DNA of 60,289 bases, counting the filler. It is 4 parts of 4 records of this genome, joined end to end, with 100 filler letters (N's around TTAATTAATTAA, not from the genome) between each part and the next. Parts side by side here need not be neighbours in the genome. Positions count along the whole stretch, not along the records: positions 1 to 23,859 come from SRR31156797_8986; 3 more parts are not named here. One strand, 5' to 3'. Below are positions 10,075 to 20,065 of the stretch, piece by piece. How positions within the stretch are numbered: position 1 is the first letter of the stretch; each line of letters opens with the position of its first letter. The notes under the pieces were generated by a model. It ran no database searches, had not been told where the DNA came from, and saw only the letters and a list, made by a program, of their open reading frames with translations. The position numbers were made by a program, and so were the translations under genes.

Positions 10075-13000
10075 TTAGAATGTATTCAGGTCAACCGGGC
10101 GCATAGCACCAAACCATTTAATTACTCTTTCTCCGCTGCGGCCTCCCGTTTCTTTAACATGAATCAGGTACAATCCTCCAGCAATTGGGATTCCGGCAAA
10201 GTTCTTCAAATCCCAGTCGATGGAAGTTCGAGCATCGGTATCGTTACCGCTTGTGGATGACGATGGATTATTAACACCGGATTTATCTACATTGTACTGC
10301 CGTATGAGTGTTCCACTAATATTATAGATAGTTACAACACATCGTTCGGGTAGGTTAATGATCTTGACCCTGGTATCCAACTGGTTTCGTTCGTAACCAG
10401 GCCCGTCAGCATAAGCATAATACGGATTTGGAACAACATTGATCAGATCGAGGTCGCTTTCATTCTTTTCAGGTGAAAATTGAACGGCTTCGAGGCCTTC
10501 GGTGTTGAAACGGTACATTGGGAAGAAATCATTCTGATTCTTTGGATTTGACTCAGCCAATGGCGTTGATGAATAATACCTGCGATAAGGTTTTGAAACC
10601 CTTATCCTAATCTTGGCATCATTCCCTTCAGGTAACCATACACCAGTATCAGCCTGGAGCGGGACGTTTACCCATAGCGTGCTCGCATAAACACCGGAGA
10701 GCCTTACGTTATCAGGTAAACCACCATTATTAATGCCTACGCCAGGAATTGAATCCCTGTAGTATCTACCGGCATCGTAAGGTGGGAAGTGGAATAAGTT
10801 TCCAACGTAGTTTACTGTAGTCGGGTTCATGATGTAGAGGTAGTGCATTCCACCAAAAATTGCATTGCCCTGTACATCAACAACCCTGTTTGTTGGATTC
10901 CACTGCATATCGCGGCCATTATCACCAGAAAGCCATGAATTCTCACCATAGATTACATTCAACCTTTCACCGGTTTCTACATTAATTACATAACCCGGGA
11001 ACCATCCCATACCTGAAGCTGAAATGTAATTAGGATCGTCTGGATTATCACTGTCAGGCATATCCATACTGGCAGCAAAGTTTCCATCCTTATCAATTGA
11101 AGGGGAGTGCCTGAGCCTTAGCTTCTGTGCACCTCCCTGAGCAAGGTTTTCATCAGGGCAAGTCTCAATTACCGGACACCTGGTCCATTTTGACTTATCA
11201 GATGTCAAAACAACATCTACACTAGCCAATAACGATAACTTGGCCTTATCTCTTGAAAGGAAATTGTATGCCGGGGCTTCGTCATATTCCCCAATATCAG
11301 CGGTCAGACTGTATGGTGACCAGGTACCACCTAGAATTTTTTCATAATTCTGAGCCGCATCCCAGGGTAGATCCAGTGACATTCTCCAGTCGTTGAACTG
11401 TGTATTCGCATCATCCTTATATACACCGGAACGAATCCAGTTTAAGGCACTTGCAGGCACATCAACATCCGGAACACCTGTGAACCATCTCTGTGAACTG
11501 TCACCATAAGAAATTGATGAGTTTATCAGTCCGTTGTTTTGTGCCGCAGCACTTCCCGGAGGTGGTGTCAGCTCAATATCAATTGAAAGACCCAATTCCG
11601 GAATCACCTGCTCATTACGCAAACTAATTGAGGTGTCGGATTTCCACGTATTTCCACTACCGTCCGTAAGAATCCATTTTGCATCCCAAATCCGTAACGA
11701 ATCTGTTAGTGTAACATTTCCCTGTGAGTCAATATTAGTAGGTTGTTCAACGTCAGTAAACCTTATTGTATACTCTCCACTTTTCATATCAAGCGGATCA
11801 ACAACTTTTACATTCAGTGGCCCAAAGTTTTTGATATAATCAATTTCATAAGCAATTGGATAATTATCTGTACCAATGGTGTCTCCGGTTACATAATGTC
11901 CTGCAATTGGATCCCAGGTATAACTGATCGGTGGCTTTGCCATGATTTCATCAATTGTGGCAGGTTCCATCTCTAGTTCGAAACCGCCATTACCATTACC
12001 CTGTACTCTGGTAATTTTAAAACGATCGCCATAACCTGAATTTGACTCAAGGCCATTTACCGGTTTATGTGGTATTGCTGTGTAAACTTTAATGTTTTTA
12101 CGGCCGGCAAGATAAGGAAGCTTTTGGCCATATAAACCATTTTCGATACCAGGATCCTGCGAATATGGTGAATATTCGTTGAATGCATAGGCCAACGCCA
12201 TGAAGTAATATTGCTTGTGGTTTACCAGTTTTGGATCCTTATCCGAGAATACATCCTGACTAATTTCGAATGTATGCCTGATTCCCTCGTCGCCACCTTC
12301 AACCATTACCGTAGGAACGTTTGCACCAACTCCCCGGTCAAACTCATAATTAATGAGCTTGGTAATACCATTTTTCTTGTCAAATTGTGCAACAAGTCTG
12401 GCTAGGTCGGGATCGTCAAGCGATTCCACGCTAACATCTGCACGGCGCAACTGGTAGATCTGATAGCCTTCAAAACGATAGGTTTTAAGTGAGTCCTCCT
12501 CTTCGGGAGTACGTGCGTTTGTAGTATCTTCCAGAAGCTGGATATTGGGATCAATTTCAGAATATGCTTCCAGATAGTTATTTGAGCCTTTTCTGTTTGA
12601 AATGGTCACAATCAATTTATTGTTTAACTCCAGGAAAGTTAAATCCGGAGCACTTGGTCCGTCAAGGACTTTAAAACAGTTATCGAAAAGTGCCTGTGCC
12701 TTATCATCCACAACGCGAAGCAAAAGAACTGACGCCCAGGGACCACCTGAAGTAGCTCTTGCCCATGGAATACCAACTGTAATGTAGTTAACGGCACCCG
12801 GTTCCAAATCGAAAGGCCCTGCCGACTGCATAAAGCGGCGGTCTCCAGGTTGGTTATTTTCTTCTTCTTCTGTCCAGTACTTGCCATTCTGGTTGAAACC
12901 GTCATTCGGTGGTGTTCCGCCTGTACCCCAGTTACATGGGTCGGTATCTCCCGGAAACATGAAATCAGTTTCAGGACCTACAGCTTTTGGGTCAGATTCG

Positions 13001-14406
13001 TGAGCTGTTCCACCGTACTGCATCTTGGAGTTATCTTTCCAGATACCACGCAGGTAGTTATAATATTCAGGAGCTGTTTGTGGGTCAGTAGTATTCGGAT
13101 TTGAAGATGTATTGTTATGATAAACATACCGCCGCATACCAAATCGCTCATTATCCACAATTCCATCACCAAAGTTAATTCCGTTGATACTCACATCGCA
13201 TAACTGGATTTGATCAATGGTATCTCCCTGTGCATTTGTTACGTATTGATATTTTGGGTTATCAACTCCATCAGGGTCCATATACGGCCCCTGGAAAAAG
13301 TCAACACCAATTGCAGGAGGTTGCTCACCATAGGCTTCCACCTCTCCAGAACCGTCAACCGGGAAACCATTGTAGCAATATCCCAAACCTCGGGCAACAT
13401 CACAACCTACATAATCATCCCAGGCATAACCCAGGTCAGTATCAACCCACTGACTGAAATATGTATTTGTCAGTCTGAAGGTTGACCTATTAATGATTTC
13501 ATAACTATAAAAAGTCATGTTATTAACCTCATCGTTCGTGGCAAATCCAAATGATTGTGCACGTACTTCCATACCAATGGCGGCACCCCCGGTTTCGGTG
13601 TGGATGTTACCTTTATCGTTGAATACCCACCACAATGTCTGGTCACCTTTAATTACCTGGTCGGCGAGGATACCATATTTCCAGTTATCCTGTTCATCCG
13701 GGTAGTAGTAATCTGCGTCCATAGTAGGTGTTAAGGTACGGCATAAGCTATTATCGATATCGTAATATGGATAATCCCCGGCTCTTGGATCGTAGTTACC
13801 ATCTGCATCATTGTCGAAAAACGGTGCCAGGTAATAACTCTGTCCTAATGCTTCATCACCATGAGCCGGCCAGTTAAGAATCGATTCCGGGATTGAATAA
13901 TTTGGATATTCTTCAGCCGGATCAGAACTGTTATACCATGCCAGGAAAGCATCAACTTCAGCTCTTGTTATTTCGAACAGTCTATCATATTGTGCACAAG
14001 TTTCATCTTCAATGGAAGCGTCAATTCTTGAAAGCGGCCCTGGCCAATAATCAATACCAACCTGACGATAACGCTGGGCTGCAAGTTTCAGCTGTCCGTT
14101 AACGTCAAGACCACCAATCCAGAGTGATGCTGAAAACATGGAAGTTTGCGTTGTATTGGCAGGCACATAATATTCGGCGCGGTCGAAGTTCCACCACATA
14201 TCACCACCTGTATTAATACGGGCGCGTATATTGTTTACGTCGAGAAATGCGAATGAACCACCAGCCGAACATCCAGCAGCACTTGCTTTTAAATTCTGTT
14301 GATTGTTATTAACATCATGCTGTTCTTCTGCATAATTTCCTTGTGCAAGAAACAAAAGAATCAAGGAAAGTAGCAAGGTTCGTAATATGTATCTCATCTT
14401 TATCAT
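10075..14406 (-). CDS. Large secreted protein with C-terminal T9SS type-A/FlgD-Ig-like sorting domain
   Basis: Signal peptide. C-terminal INVVPNPYY..KIINLPERCVVTIYNISGTLIRQY..WDLKNFAGIPIAGGLYLIHVK. DxDxDG-like Ca-binding motifs (DNDADGNYD). Confidence 0.75.
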   Translation of the reverse strand: MIKMRYILRTLLLSLILLFLAQGNYAEEQHDVNNNQQNLKASAAGCSAGGSFAFLDVNNIRARINTGGDMWWNFDRAEYYVPANTTQTSMFSASLWIGGLDVNGQLKLAAQRYRQVGIDYWPGPLSRIDASIEDETCAQYDRLFEITRAEVDAFLAWYNSSDPAEEYPNYSIPESILNWPAHGDEALGQSYYLAPFFDNDADGNYDPRAGDYPYYDIDNSLCRTLTPTMDADYYYPDEQDNWKYGILADQVIKGDQTLWWVFNDKGNIHTETGGAAIGMEVRAQSFGFATNDEVNNMTFYSYEIINRSTFRLTNTYFSQWVDTDLGYAWDDYVGCDVARGLGYCYNGFPVDGSGEVEAYGEQPPAIGVDFFQGPYMDPDGVDNPKYQYVTNAQGDTIDQIQLCDVSINGINFGDGIVDNERFGMRRYVYHNNTSSNPNTTDPQTAPEYYNYLRGIWKDNSKMQYGGTAHESDPKAVGPETDFMFPGDTDPCNWGTGGTPPNDGFNQNGKYWTEEEENNQPGDRRFMQSAGPFDLEPGAVNYITVGIPWARATSGGPWASVLLLRVVDDKAQALFDNCFKVLDGPSAPDLTFLELNNKLIVTISNRKGSNNYLEAYSEIDPNIQLLEDTTNARTPEEEDSLKTYRFEGYQIYQLRRADVSVESLDDPDLARLVAQFDKKNGITKLINYEFDRGVGANVPTVMVEGGDEGIRHTFEISQDVFSDKDPKLVNHKQYYFMALAYAFNEYSPYSQDPGIENGLYGQKLPYLAGRKNIKVYTAIPHKPVNGLESNSGYGDRFKITRVQGNGNGGFELEMEPATIDEIMAKPPISYTWDPIAGHYVTGDTIGTDNYPIAYEIDYIKNFGPLNVKVVDPLDMKSGEYTIRFTDVEQPTNIDSQGNVTLTDSLRIWDAKWILTDGSGNTWKSDTSISLRNEQVIPELGLSIDIELTPPPGSAAAQNNGLINSSISYGDSSQRWFTGVPDVDVPASALNWIRSGVYKDDANTQFNDWRMSLDLPWDAAQNYEKILGGTWSPYSLTADIGEYDEAPAYNFLSRDKAKLSLLASVDVVLTSDKSKWTRCPVIETCPDENLAQGGAQKLRLRHSPSIDKDGNFAASMDMPDSDNPDDPNYISASGMGWFPGYVINVETGERLNVIYGENSWLSGDNGRDMQWNPTNRVVDVQGNAIFGGMHYLYIMNPTTVNYVGNLFHFPPYDAGRYYRDSIPGVGINNGGLPDNVRLSGVYASTLWVNVPLQADTGVWLPEGNDAKIRIRVSKPYRRYYSSTPLAESNPKNQNDFFPMYRFNTEGLEAVQFSPEKNESDLDLINVVPNPYYAYADGPGYERNQLDTRVKIINLPERCVVTIYNISGTLIRQYNVDKSGVNNPSSSTSGNDTDARTSIDWDLKNFAGIPIAGGLYLIHVKETGGRSGERVIKWFGAMRPVDLNTF

Positions 14407-14438
14407 ATTTTATTTTTTTCCTTTTAAAATCTTTTGGT

Positions 14439-17400
14439 TTAGAAGTTGAATATTACACCCAAACGAATTTGTCTTGGTGTACTAAAGTTGAATGGAGAAT
14501 TCATTCGCAAGGCATATAGATCGCGGTAGGCCTGTGGGTCAATTGAGGCCTCAATGTTGCTCTGCCATTCAGGAGCCGTTAAATATCCGTCATCATCAGG
14601 ACTACCTGTTGCAGGATAAACGCTGATGATATTTTTGGTGTTAAGCAGGTTTAATACCTGAACATAAACGTTTAAATATGTTCTCGACTCCGGATCTTTT
14701 GAAATGGCAATATCCCTGTCTAGACGTCCGTCAATCCTAAACTGCCAAGGCAACCTTGAACCGTTAATTGTACCATCGAGTACATATCCGCCACCACCTG
14801 CATAAACGCCGATGATGTTTTCAGCACGGGTGTAAGGTGTTCCCGAACCACCACTCAAGGTTAGGTTAAGTCCGGTATTCTTTAACCACTGCGTTGTTTT
14901 AACCTGATCGGTACCTTTAATTTGTTTTGTGGTAGATGGGCCAATATACTTCTTACCTTCACCAAACCTGTAGTCCAGCACCAGGTTGAAGGAGTGTCTT
15001 CTGTCCCAGTTGAGTGGGAAGATCGTACGCAGGTTAGGTAAACCGGCATTAACAAGTGCAGCCGCTGTATTTGGGCTTGAGCCCGTACCTTCAGCAAACT
15101 GAAGTGTGTAGCTTAACCTTGCCCGGACGTTATTTGTACGACGCAGGTCGTATTCAACTGTTAAACCTTTAATGGTTGCAAAGTCAAGGTTCGAATATGA
15201 GTCATAGAGGTTTGAGCCTCCGGTGTAAGCACCAGTAAAGCGGTAATATTGAATCTGGTCACGAATTTCACGGTAAAAAGTAGAAATCTTCAATGATGAA
15301 GTATTGCTAACTTTTTGTTGGAAACCAAGCTCATAGTCAATCGTTTTTTGCGGTTTCAGGTTTGGATTGTTGATAGCTCCCTGACGGTCGATAAACAAAT
15401 AATCCGTTGGGTCCATCCTTAAGGAACTGGTCGGACGCTGGGTAAGAATATCGTAGTGAGCAAAAAACAGTGCTTCATCCGAAATTGGGAATGAGAAAGA
15501 AATACGAGGCATGAAACTTATCTGAGGATCATAATCCTCGAATACTTCTGAGGTCATTTCGTTTTGAGACGGGTTCTTCAGGTAAGGTGTAATACCATTA
15601 CCTGCATCAAGAATATTTGGGTTTGTGATAACACCACCCTGAGCATTGTACCATGTATCCTCAATACGATAACCGAGAATGTCCGAAGGATTATCCTTGT
15701 TATCAATATAGATCACAGCGTCATCCGTAATGTTTGATGGATGAGCCTGGCCATCAATTGTTGTTGGTTGCTCTGCCACTGTGTATGCTGAATAGAAGAG
15801 GTATGGATCTTTCAACACATTTTGGTTGGCATCAAAGCGGTCGACACGTACACCAATGTTAAAGATCAGGTCGTCAAAAGCAAATTTATCCTGGAGGTAA
15901 AAGGCTCCATAAATGGGCTCAAACGCCTGAATATCACGTGTTAAATATTCTTTCTGTTGTCCGTTAGGTAGCAGGATACTTTCGGTCTTATTGAAGAAAT
16001 CATCAAAAGCAGGTCTGCTACTATGCCTGTTACCATAAGGATCGTATCCATAATAATATACATAGCTTACACCATCATTCAAAAGTTCATCAGGACTGAA
16101 CATATCAACAGATAATCCACCGTTAACCGGAACATTTTCATAAATGTTTCCGTCCGGATCTATATAACTGATTGTTTGTGTGTTCGGGTCATAGGAGTCT
16201 ATATCTACCCAATCTGTACCCTGAAGATTCAAGCCAAGTTTTTGACGAAGGTTCACATCAAACACCCGCTGATCAGTAAAACTGTACAATCTAGGATAGT
16301 TAATGGTATCCTGGAAAACACCGTCTATTTCAACAAGGTCAGGATTCGCTTTGTCCAGCTCGTTGATATGAGCATTGGTATAAAGCCTCATGATCGACCA
16401 CAGGCCAACAGGGCTATATCCATATGCACGGCTGGTTCTTTGCTCGTACTGCAAACCAAATTCTATGGCATGGTTTCCAATATCTGCAGATAAATTCGCC
16501 GAAATACCAATCTGTGAGTTATCTGTTACCTGATAGCCATTATACTGTGCCCCAATGTTTCCCCACATCGTGTAAACAGCATCTGGTGACTGGCCATTCA
16601 ACAAACCACCATAAAGCTGAACCTGGTTGTAATTGAGCCAGTAACCATCCTGTGGGTTAAACTGCCAGTCGCCTTTATCCTGATACAGTTCATAATACTG
16701 CTCGGTATAACGGGAAACAACCGGGTTAATATCATAAGCCTGGTAGGTGTAGGCTGTATCCTGCCAGTTGTTTTGCAGCCAAACATTATTATAAACGTTA
16801 CCGTTTACAGTATCAGAACCCAACTCATAAGAGCGACGTTTATAAGTTTGGAACTTACCAAGATATCCATAGTTAAACAGCTGGTCACCATGTGTTTCAT
16901 CTTCAACGGTCTGATCAAATTTAGAATAGTCAGCCTGGATTGAATAGAATACATTCTTTATAAGTGAATTGCTTTCTTTATCAACCGGGAAACGTTGGGT
17001 AAACCTACCAAACACCCGCCAGGTGCTGTTTTTCACGTGAGCGTTGTTATCCCAGTTGAACAGAGAGTTATAATAACTAAATGCATTGTAGTCCTGCAGG
17101 TTGTATGAACCACCCACCGTAAAGTTGATTGTTGGAGATGTCCTCAGGTCAATCTTTCCTGACAGACTGATGTCCATCCTTTCGGTATTTTTGGTATTGG
17201 TTATCTCTTCGGTATCTTCAAGCCGTGTAAACAAAGAGTTGTTGAACAGACCAAAACCAGTACCCGTAACCCGCTGTGGATTTTCTTTCAGGATTGTAGC
17301 GTATTCATCTGTTATCTTATTCAATGTCCCATTAGCTGATGGGCTACCGTCCTGTCTGTAAACAAAATCACCGGCCAGGAAGTAACCAATAAGTGATGTT

Positions 17401-18206
17401 TTTCTGCCATCGCTTTCGGTTCGGGAAATCAGCGGCCCCTGCAAACTTAAACCTAACCTGTTGTATCCAAATGCATCCAGATACTGGGAAGTTTGAGCTT
17501 CCAGACCTGCACCAAATTGCCTTGATGGCCCTTTAGTGGTAGCACTGATAATACCACCGGTTGCATCTCCGTACTTGGCAGGAACACCACCAAGGATAAC
17601 GGCCACCTGCTCAATGGCTGATTCGGGGAGTGCCAGTGATCCGAGTACACGCATACCATCAATATAGTAAACAGTACCTTCACTACGCTGACCACGAATA
17701 CTGATGTTTCCACCATCGGCATCTGAATAAACACCACCTACCGTTGTAGCAATTGAGTTTGTTGAACGGTTCGGCATCTTCTGAATTTCTTCCGAAGTAA
17801 CTGTGGCTCCTGATGTGGTCTTATCTTTTGAAATCAATGGAACTTTGTATTCCACAACTTCAACAACATCAAGGGTTTCTGCTGTAACCGCTAATTCGAT
17901 GTCTTCGAAAGTAATTTGATCGCCCTTTACGATAACACCGGAAATCTGTTTTGTTTTGTACCCCACAAATGAAGCCTGAACATCATAGGTCCCTGGTGTA
18001 AGTGGCTTGATGACATACTTTCCATCAAAATCAGTTGTGGTACCTGTAAGCAGGTCTCCACCAGAATAAATGGCCACGTTAGCGAATGGGATGGGCTCTT
18101 TTGTATCGGTATCGAGGATTTTTCCCTGAAGGGCACCTGATTGTGAAAACACGACCAGGCTCGTTGATAGTACAATACCAAGCGTTAAAAGTAGATGTTT
18201 TAACAT
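14439..18206 (-). CDS. TonB-dependent receptor with N-terminal carboxypeptidase-regulatory-like domain
   Basis: GKILDTDTKEPIPFANV..TTTDFDGKY. Plug SIRGQRSEGTVYYIDG..GGVPAKYGDATGGII. PRISFSFPI, NNPNLKPQKTIDYELGF, and C-terminal RLGVIFNF. Confidence 0.88.
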   Translation of the reverse strand: MLKHLLLTLGIVLSTSLVVFSQSGALQGKILDTDTKEPIPFANVAIYSGGDLLTGTTTDFDGKYVIKPLTPGTYDVQASFVGYKTKQISGVIVKGDQITFEDIELAVTAETLDVVEVVEYKVPLISKDKTTSGATVTSEEIQKMPNRSTNSIATTVGGVYSDADGGNISIRGQRSEGTVYYIDGMRVLGSLALPESAIEQVAVILGGVPAKYGDATGGIISATTKGPSRQFGAGLEAQTSQYLDAFGYNRLGLSLQGPLISRTESDGRKTSLIGYFLAGDFVYRQDGSPSANGTLNKITDEYATILKENPQRVTGTGFGLFNNSLFTRLEDTEEITNTKNTERMDISLSGKIDLRTSPTINFTVGGSYNLQDYNAFSYYNSLFNWDNNAHVKNSTWRVFGRFTQRFPVDKESNSLIKNVFYSIQADYSKFDQTVEDETHGDQLFNYGYLGKFQTYKRRSYELGSDTVNGNVYNNVWLQNNWQDTAYTYQAYDINPVVSRYTEQYYELYQDKGDWQFNPQDGYWLNYNQVQLYGGLLNGQSPDAVYTMWGNIGAQYNGYQVTDNSQIGISANLSADIGNHAIEFGLQYEQRTSRAYGYSPVGLWSIMRLYTNAHINELDKANPDLVEIDGVFQDTINYPRLYSFTDQRVFDVNLRQKLGLNLQGTDWVDIDSYDPNTQTISYIDPDGNIYENVPVNGGLSVDMFSPDELLNDGVSYVYYYGYDPYGNRHSSRPAFDDFFNKTESILLPNGQQKEYLTRDIQAFEPIYGAFYLQDKFAFDDLIFNIGVRVDRFDANQNVLKDPYLFYSAYTVAEQPTTIDGQAHPSNITDDAVIYIDNKDNPSDILGYRIEDTWYNAQGGVITNPNILDAGNGITPYLKNPSQNEMTSEVFEDYDPQISFMPRISFSFPISDEALFFAHYDILTQRPTSSLRMDPTDYLFIDRQGAINNPNLKPQKTIDYELGFQQKVSNTSSLKISTFYREIRDQIQYYRFTGAYTGGSNLYDSYSNLDFATIKGLTVEYDLRRTNNVRARLSYTLQFAEGTGSSPNTAAALVNAGLPNLRTIFPLNWDRRHSFNLVLDYRFGEGKKYIGPSTTKQIKGTDQVKTTQWLKNTGLNLTLSGGSGTPYTRAENIIGVYAGGGGYVLDGTINGSRLPWQFRIDGRLDRDIAISKDPESRTYLNVYVQVLNLLNTKNIISVYPATGSPDDDGYLTAPEWQSNIEASIDPQAYRDLYALRMNSPFNFSTPRQIRLGVIFNF

Positions 18207-18319
18207 ACCATATAATTTTATGTTTGTTTATACTTTGTGCTAAAGGGCGGTAAAATTACTAATAAATTGATGTAACCACCAAAACCTTTTTGCTTATCAG
18301 CCCTTATTTAAAATCACCC

Positions 18320-18892
18320 TTAATTAGTGTACCGCCTGTTAATTATCTCAGAATAAATTATAGCCTTTCTTAAATCAAAATCTATTTTTTCATCGCCCTC
18401 TTCTATGGTATCTTCTTCCTGCAAAACCATATCTTCCTCGAGCTCCTCTATTGTATCTTCCAGTTTTTGTGGCTTCTTTTCCATATCTTCCAGTGAGCCC
18501 TCGAGCATCTCGCTATCATAATATTTTTGATAAATATTCTTATCGGGTCCATCCACCTGATCCGGTCTAATCTGGTCTCTCTCCGATTTGGGGTGGCGTT
18601 GAGCTGGTTCTGATGGGACTTCCTCAGTTATTTCCTCACCCAACAATATTTCCTCAAGCGTTTTCTTGAAATCCCTTTGTGGATTTGATTCCCCTGAGGC
18701 GGCTTCTACTGGTTGGGGTTCATTATTGAAATTACCCTGGTCGTAACCTTCTGAAACCTGTTCTTCCTGCTGCTGTTCACGCTCACGTGCTGCTTTCATC
18801 TGCTCCTGCTTTTTCTTCTTTTTAGCGCTTTGCTGATAAAACGAAAAAGCCAGCCATGCAATTAAGAATAAAAAATAAATTAGATCGTCCAT
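18320..18892 (-). CDS. Hypothetical membrane-anchored protein
   Basis: N-terminal TM helix then poly-Lys, acidic low-complexity middle, C-terminal FDLRKAIIYSEIINRRY. ATG 18892 preferred over TTG 18901. Confidence 0.7.
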   Translation of the reverse strand: MDDLIYFLFLIAWLAFSFYQQSAKKKKKQEQMKAAREREQQQEEQVSEGYDQGNFNNEPQPVEAASGESNPQRDFKKTLEEILLGEEITEEVPSEPAQRHPKSERDQIRPDQVDGPDKNIYQKYYDSEMLEGSLEDMEKKPQKLEDTIEELEEDMVLQEEDTIEEGDEKIDFDLRKAIIYSEIINRRYTN

Positions 18893-19122
18893 TTGTTGCA
18901 AATAAAGTGAGCAGACATGTAAAAGTAAAGGCCACCATCAGAGACCTGTCATAAAAATCAGTTTACGGCTCGTGGTAATAAGTTATCGGTTGCGATATTT
19001 AGCCACTGATTTTTTGGCTAATAAGCTGATTATGAACCGAAGAGAATTTTGATTTTTAATGCTTCTTTTACAATATTTGCTGTAATCCAGTTTTAGATTG
19101 TTCGGTTTAAATGAGTATCTGT

Positions 19123-19878
19123 TTACAAATTATTTATCGTTTCTATAATGAGTTCCTTCCTTCTTCGAGATACCGGTACCTTGCTGTTGTCACTCATTAA
19201 AATGTATCCGCCGTCATTTTTCATGAACCCTTTGATGTAAGCCACATTGATTAAATGAGACTTATGTGGCCTGATAAAATTGTGGTCCTTGAGCATTTTT
19301 TCGTTTTCCTTTAACGTCTTGGATATCAAAAGTTTTGTCCCATCCGTAAAGAAAAAATTGGTGTAATAATTATCCGATTCGCACCTGAGTATTTCACTTA
19401 CATGAATCACATGGATTTTCTCAGCGGTTGTAAGTACAATTTTTTTTGAGTCGGAACCCTTGTTTTTCAGGTTGTCGAGCAGCACATCAATATTTTGCGT
19501 CAGGTTGGAGTTTTTAGCAATTTTGCGTTCCTCCACCTTTTTCACTGCCTCAACGAGTTCCTCGGGAATTATCGGTTTGAGGAGATAATCCAATGCACTG
19601 TATTTTATGGCTTTGATGGCATACTGATCAAATGCTGTCGTGAAGATAATCTCAAAATCCACTTCATCAAATGACTCCAGCAACCTGAAACCGCTCCCAT
19701 CCTGCATTTGGATATCCAGGAAAATAACATCAGGATTTTTGGCCCTAATTTGTTTTATACCGGTTTGCACGCCTTCAGCATCACCAGAAATAATTACGTT
19801 GGGACAATAACGCTCGAGCAGGCTTGTCAGGGCCATTCTCGATTTTTTTTCGTCGTCTATAATGACTGCTTTTACCAA
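19123..19878 (-). CDS. LytTR-family response regulator
   Basis: Receiver motifs IIDDE, FLDIQM, FTTAFDQYA, DYLLKP. LytTR motifs ILRCESDNYYT, FIRPHKSHLIN, PVSRRRK. Confidence 0.92.
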   Translation of the reverse strand: MVKAVIIDDEKKSRMALTSLLERYCPNVIISGDAEGVQTGIKQIRAKNPDVIFLDIQMQDGSGFRLLESFDEVDFEIIFTTAFDQYAIKAIKYSALDYLLKPIIPEELVEAVKKVEERKIAKNSNLTQNIDVLLDNLKNKGSDSKKIVLTTAEKIHVIHVSEILRCESDNYYTNFFFTDGTKLLISKTLKENEKMLKDHNFIRPHKSHLINVAYIKGFMKNDGGYILMSDNSKVPVSRRRKELIIETINNL

Positions 19879-20065
19879 ACTGATTTTGATTTTAAAGGGT
19901 CAAATATCAATAAAATAGTTCAATCAAATACTATTTTGGATGGTCCAAATGCTATTTTTATTGATTTTAAATAGATGATTAAAGCACACTAAATCAACAA
20001 TGAAGCTGGTTGTCGAAAATTAATTTTCAAGAAAATTTCGACAAAAAAAGCCACAAAGGAAAATT

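Noticed and set aside
20010-20044. Imperfect inverted repeat TTGTCGAAAATT...AATTTCGACAA between sensor kinase and regulator
   Set aside because: It is AT-rich and single-copy, and its T-run lies on the wrong side for a terminator of the minus-strand genes. No function can be supported.
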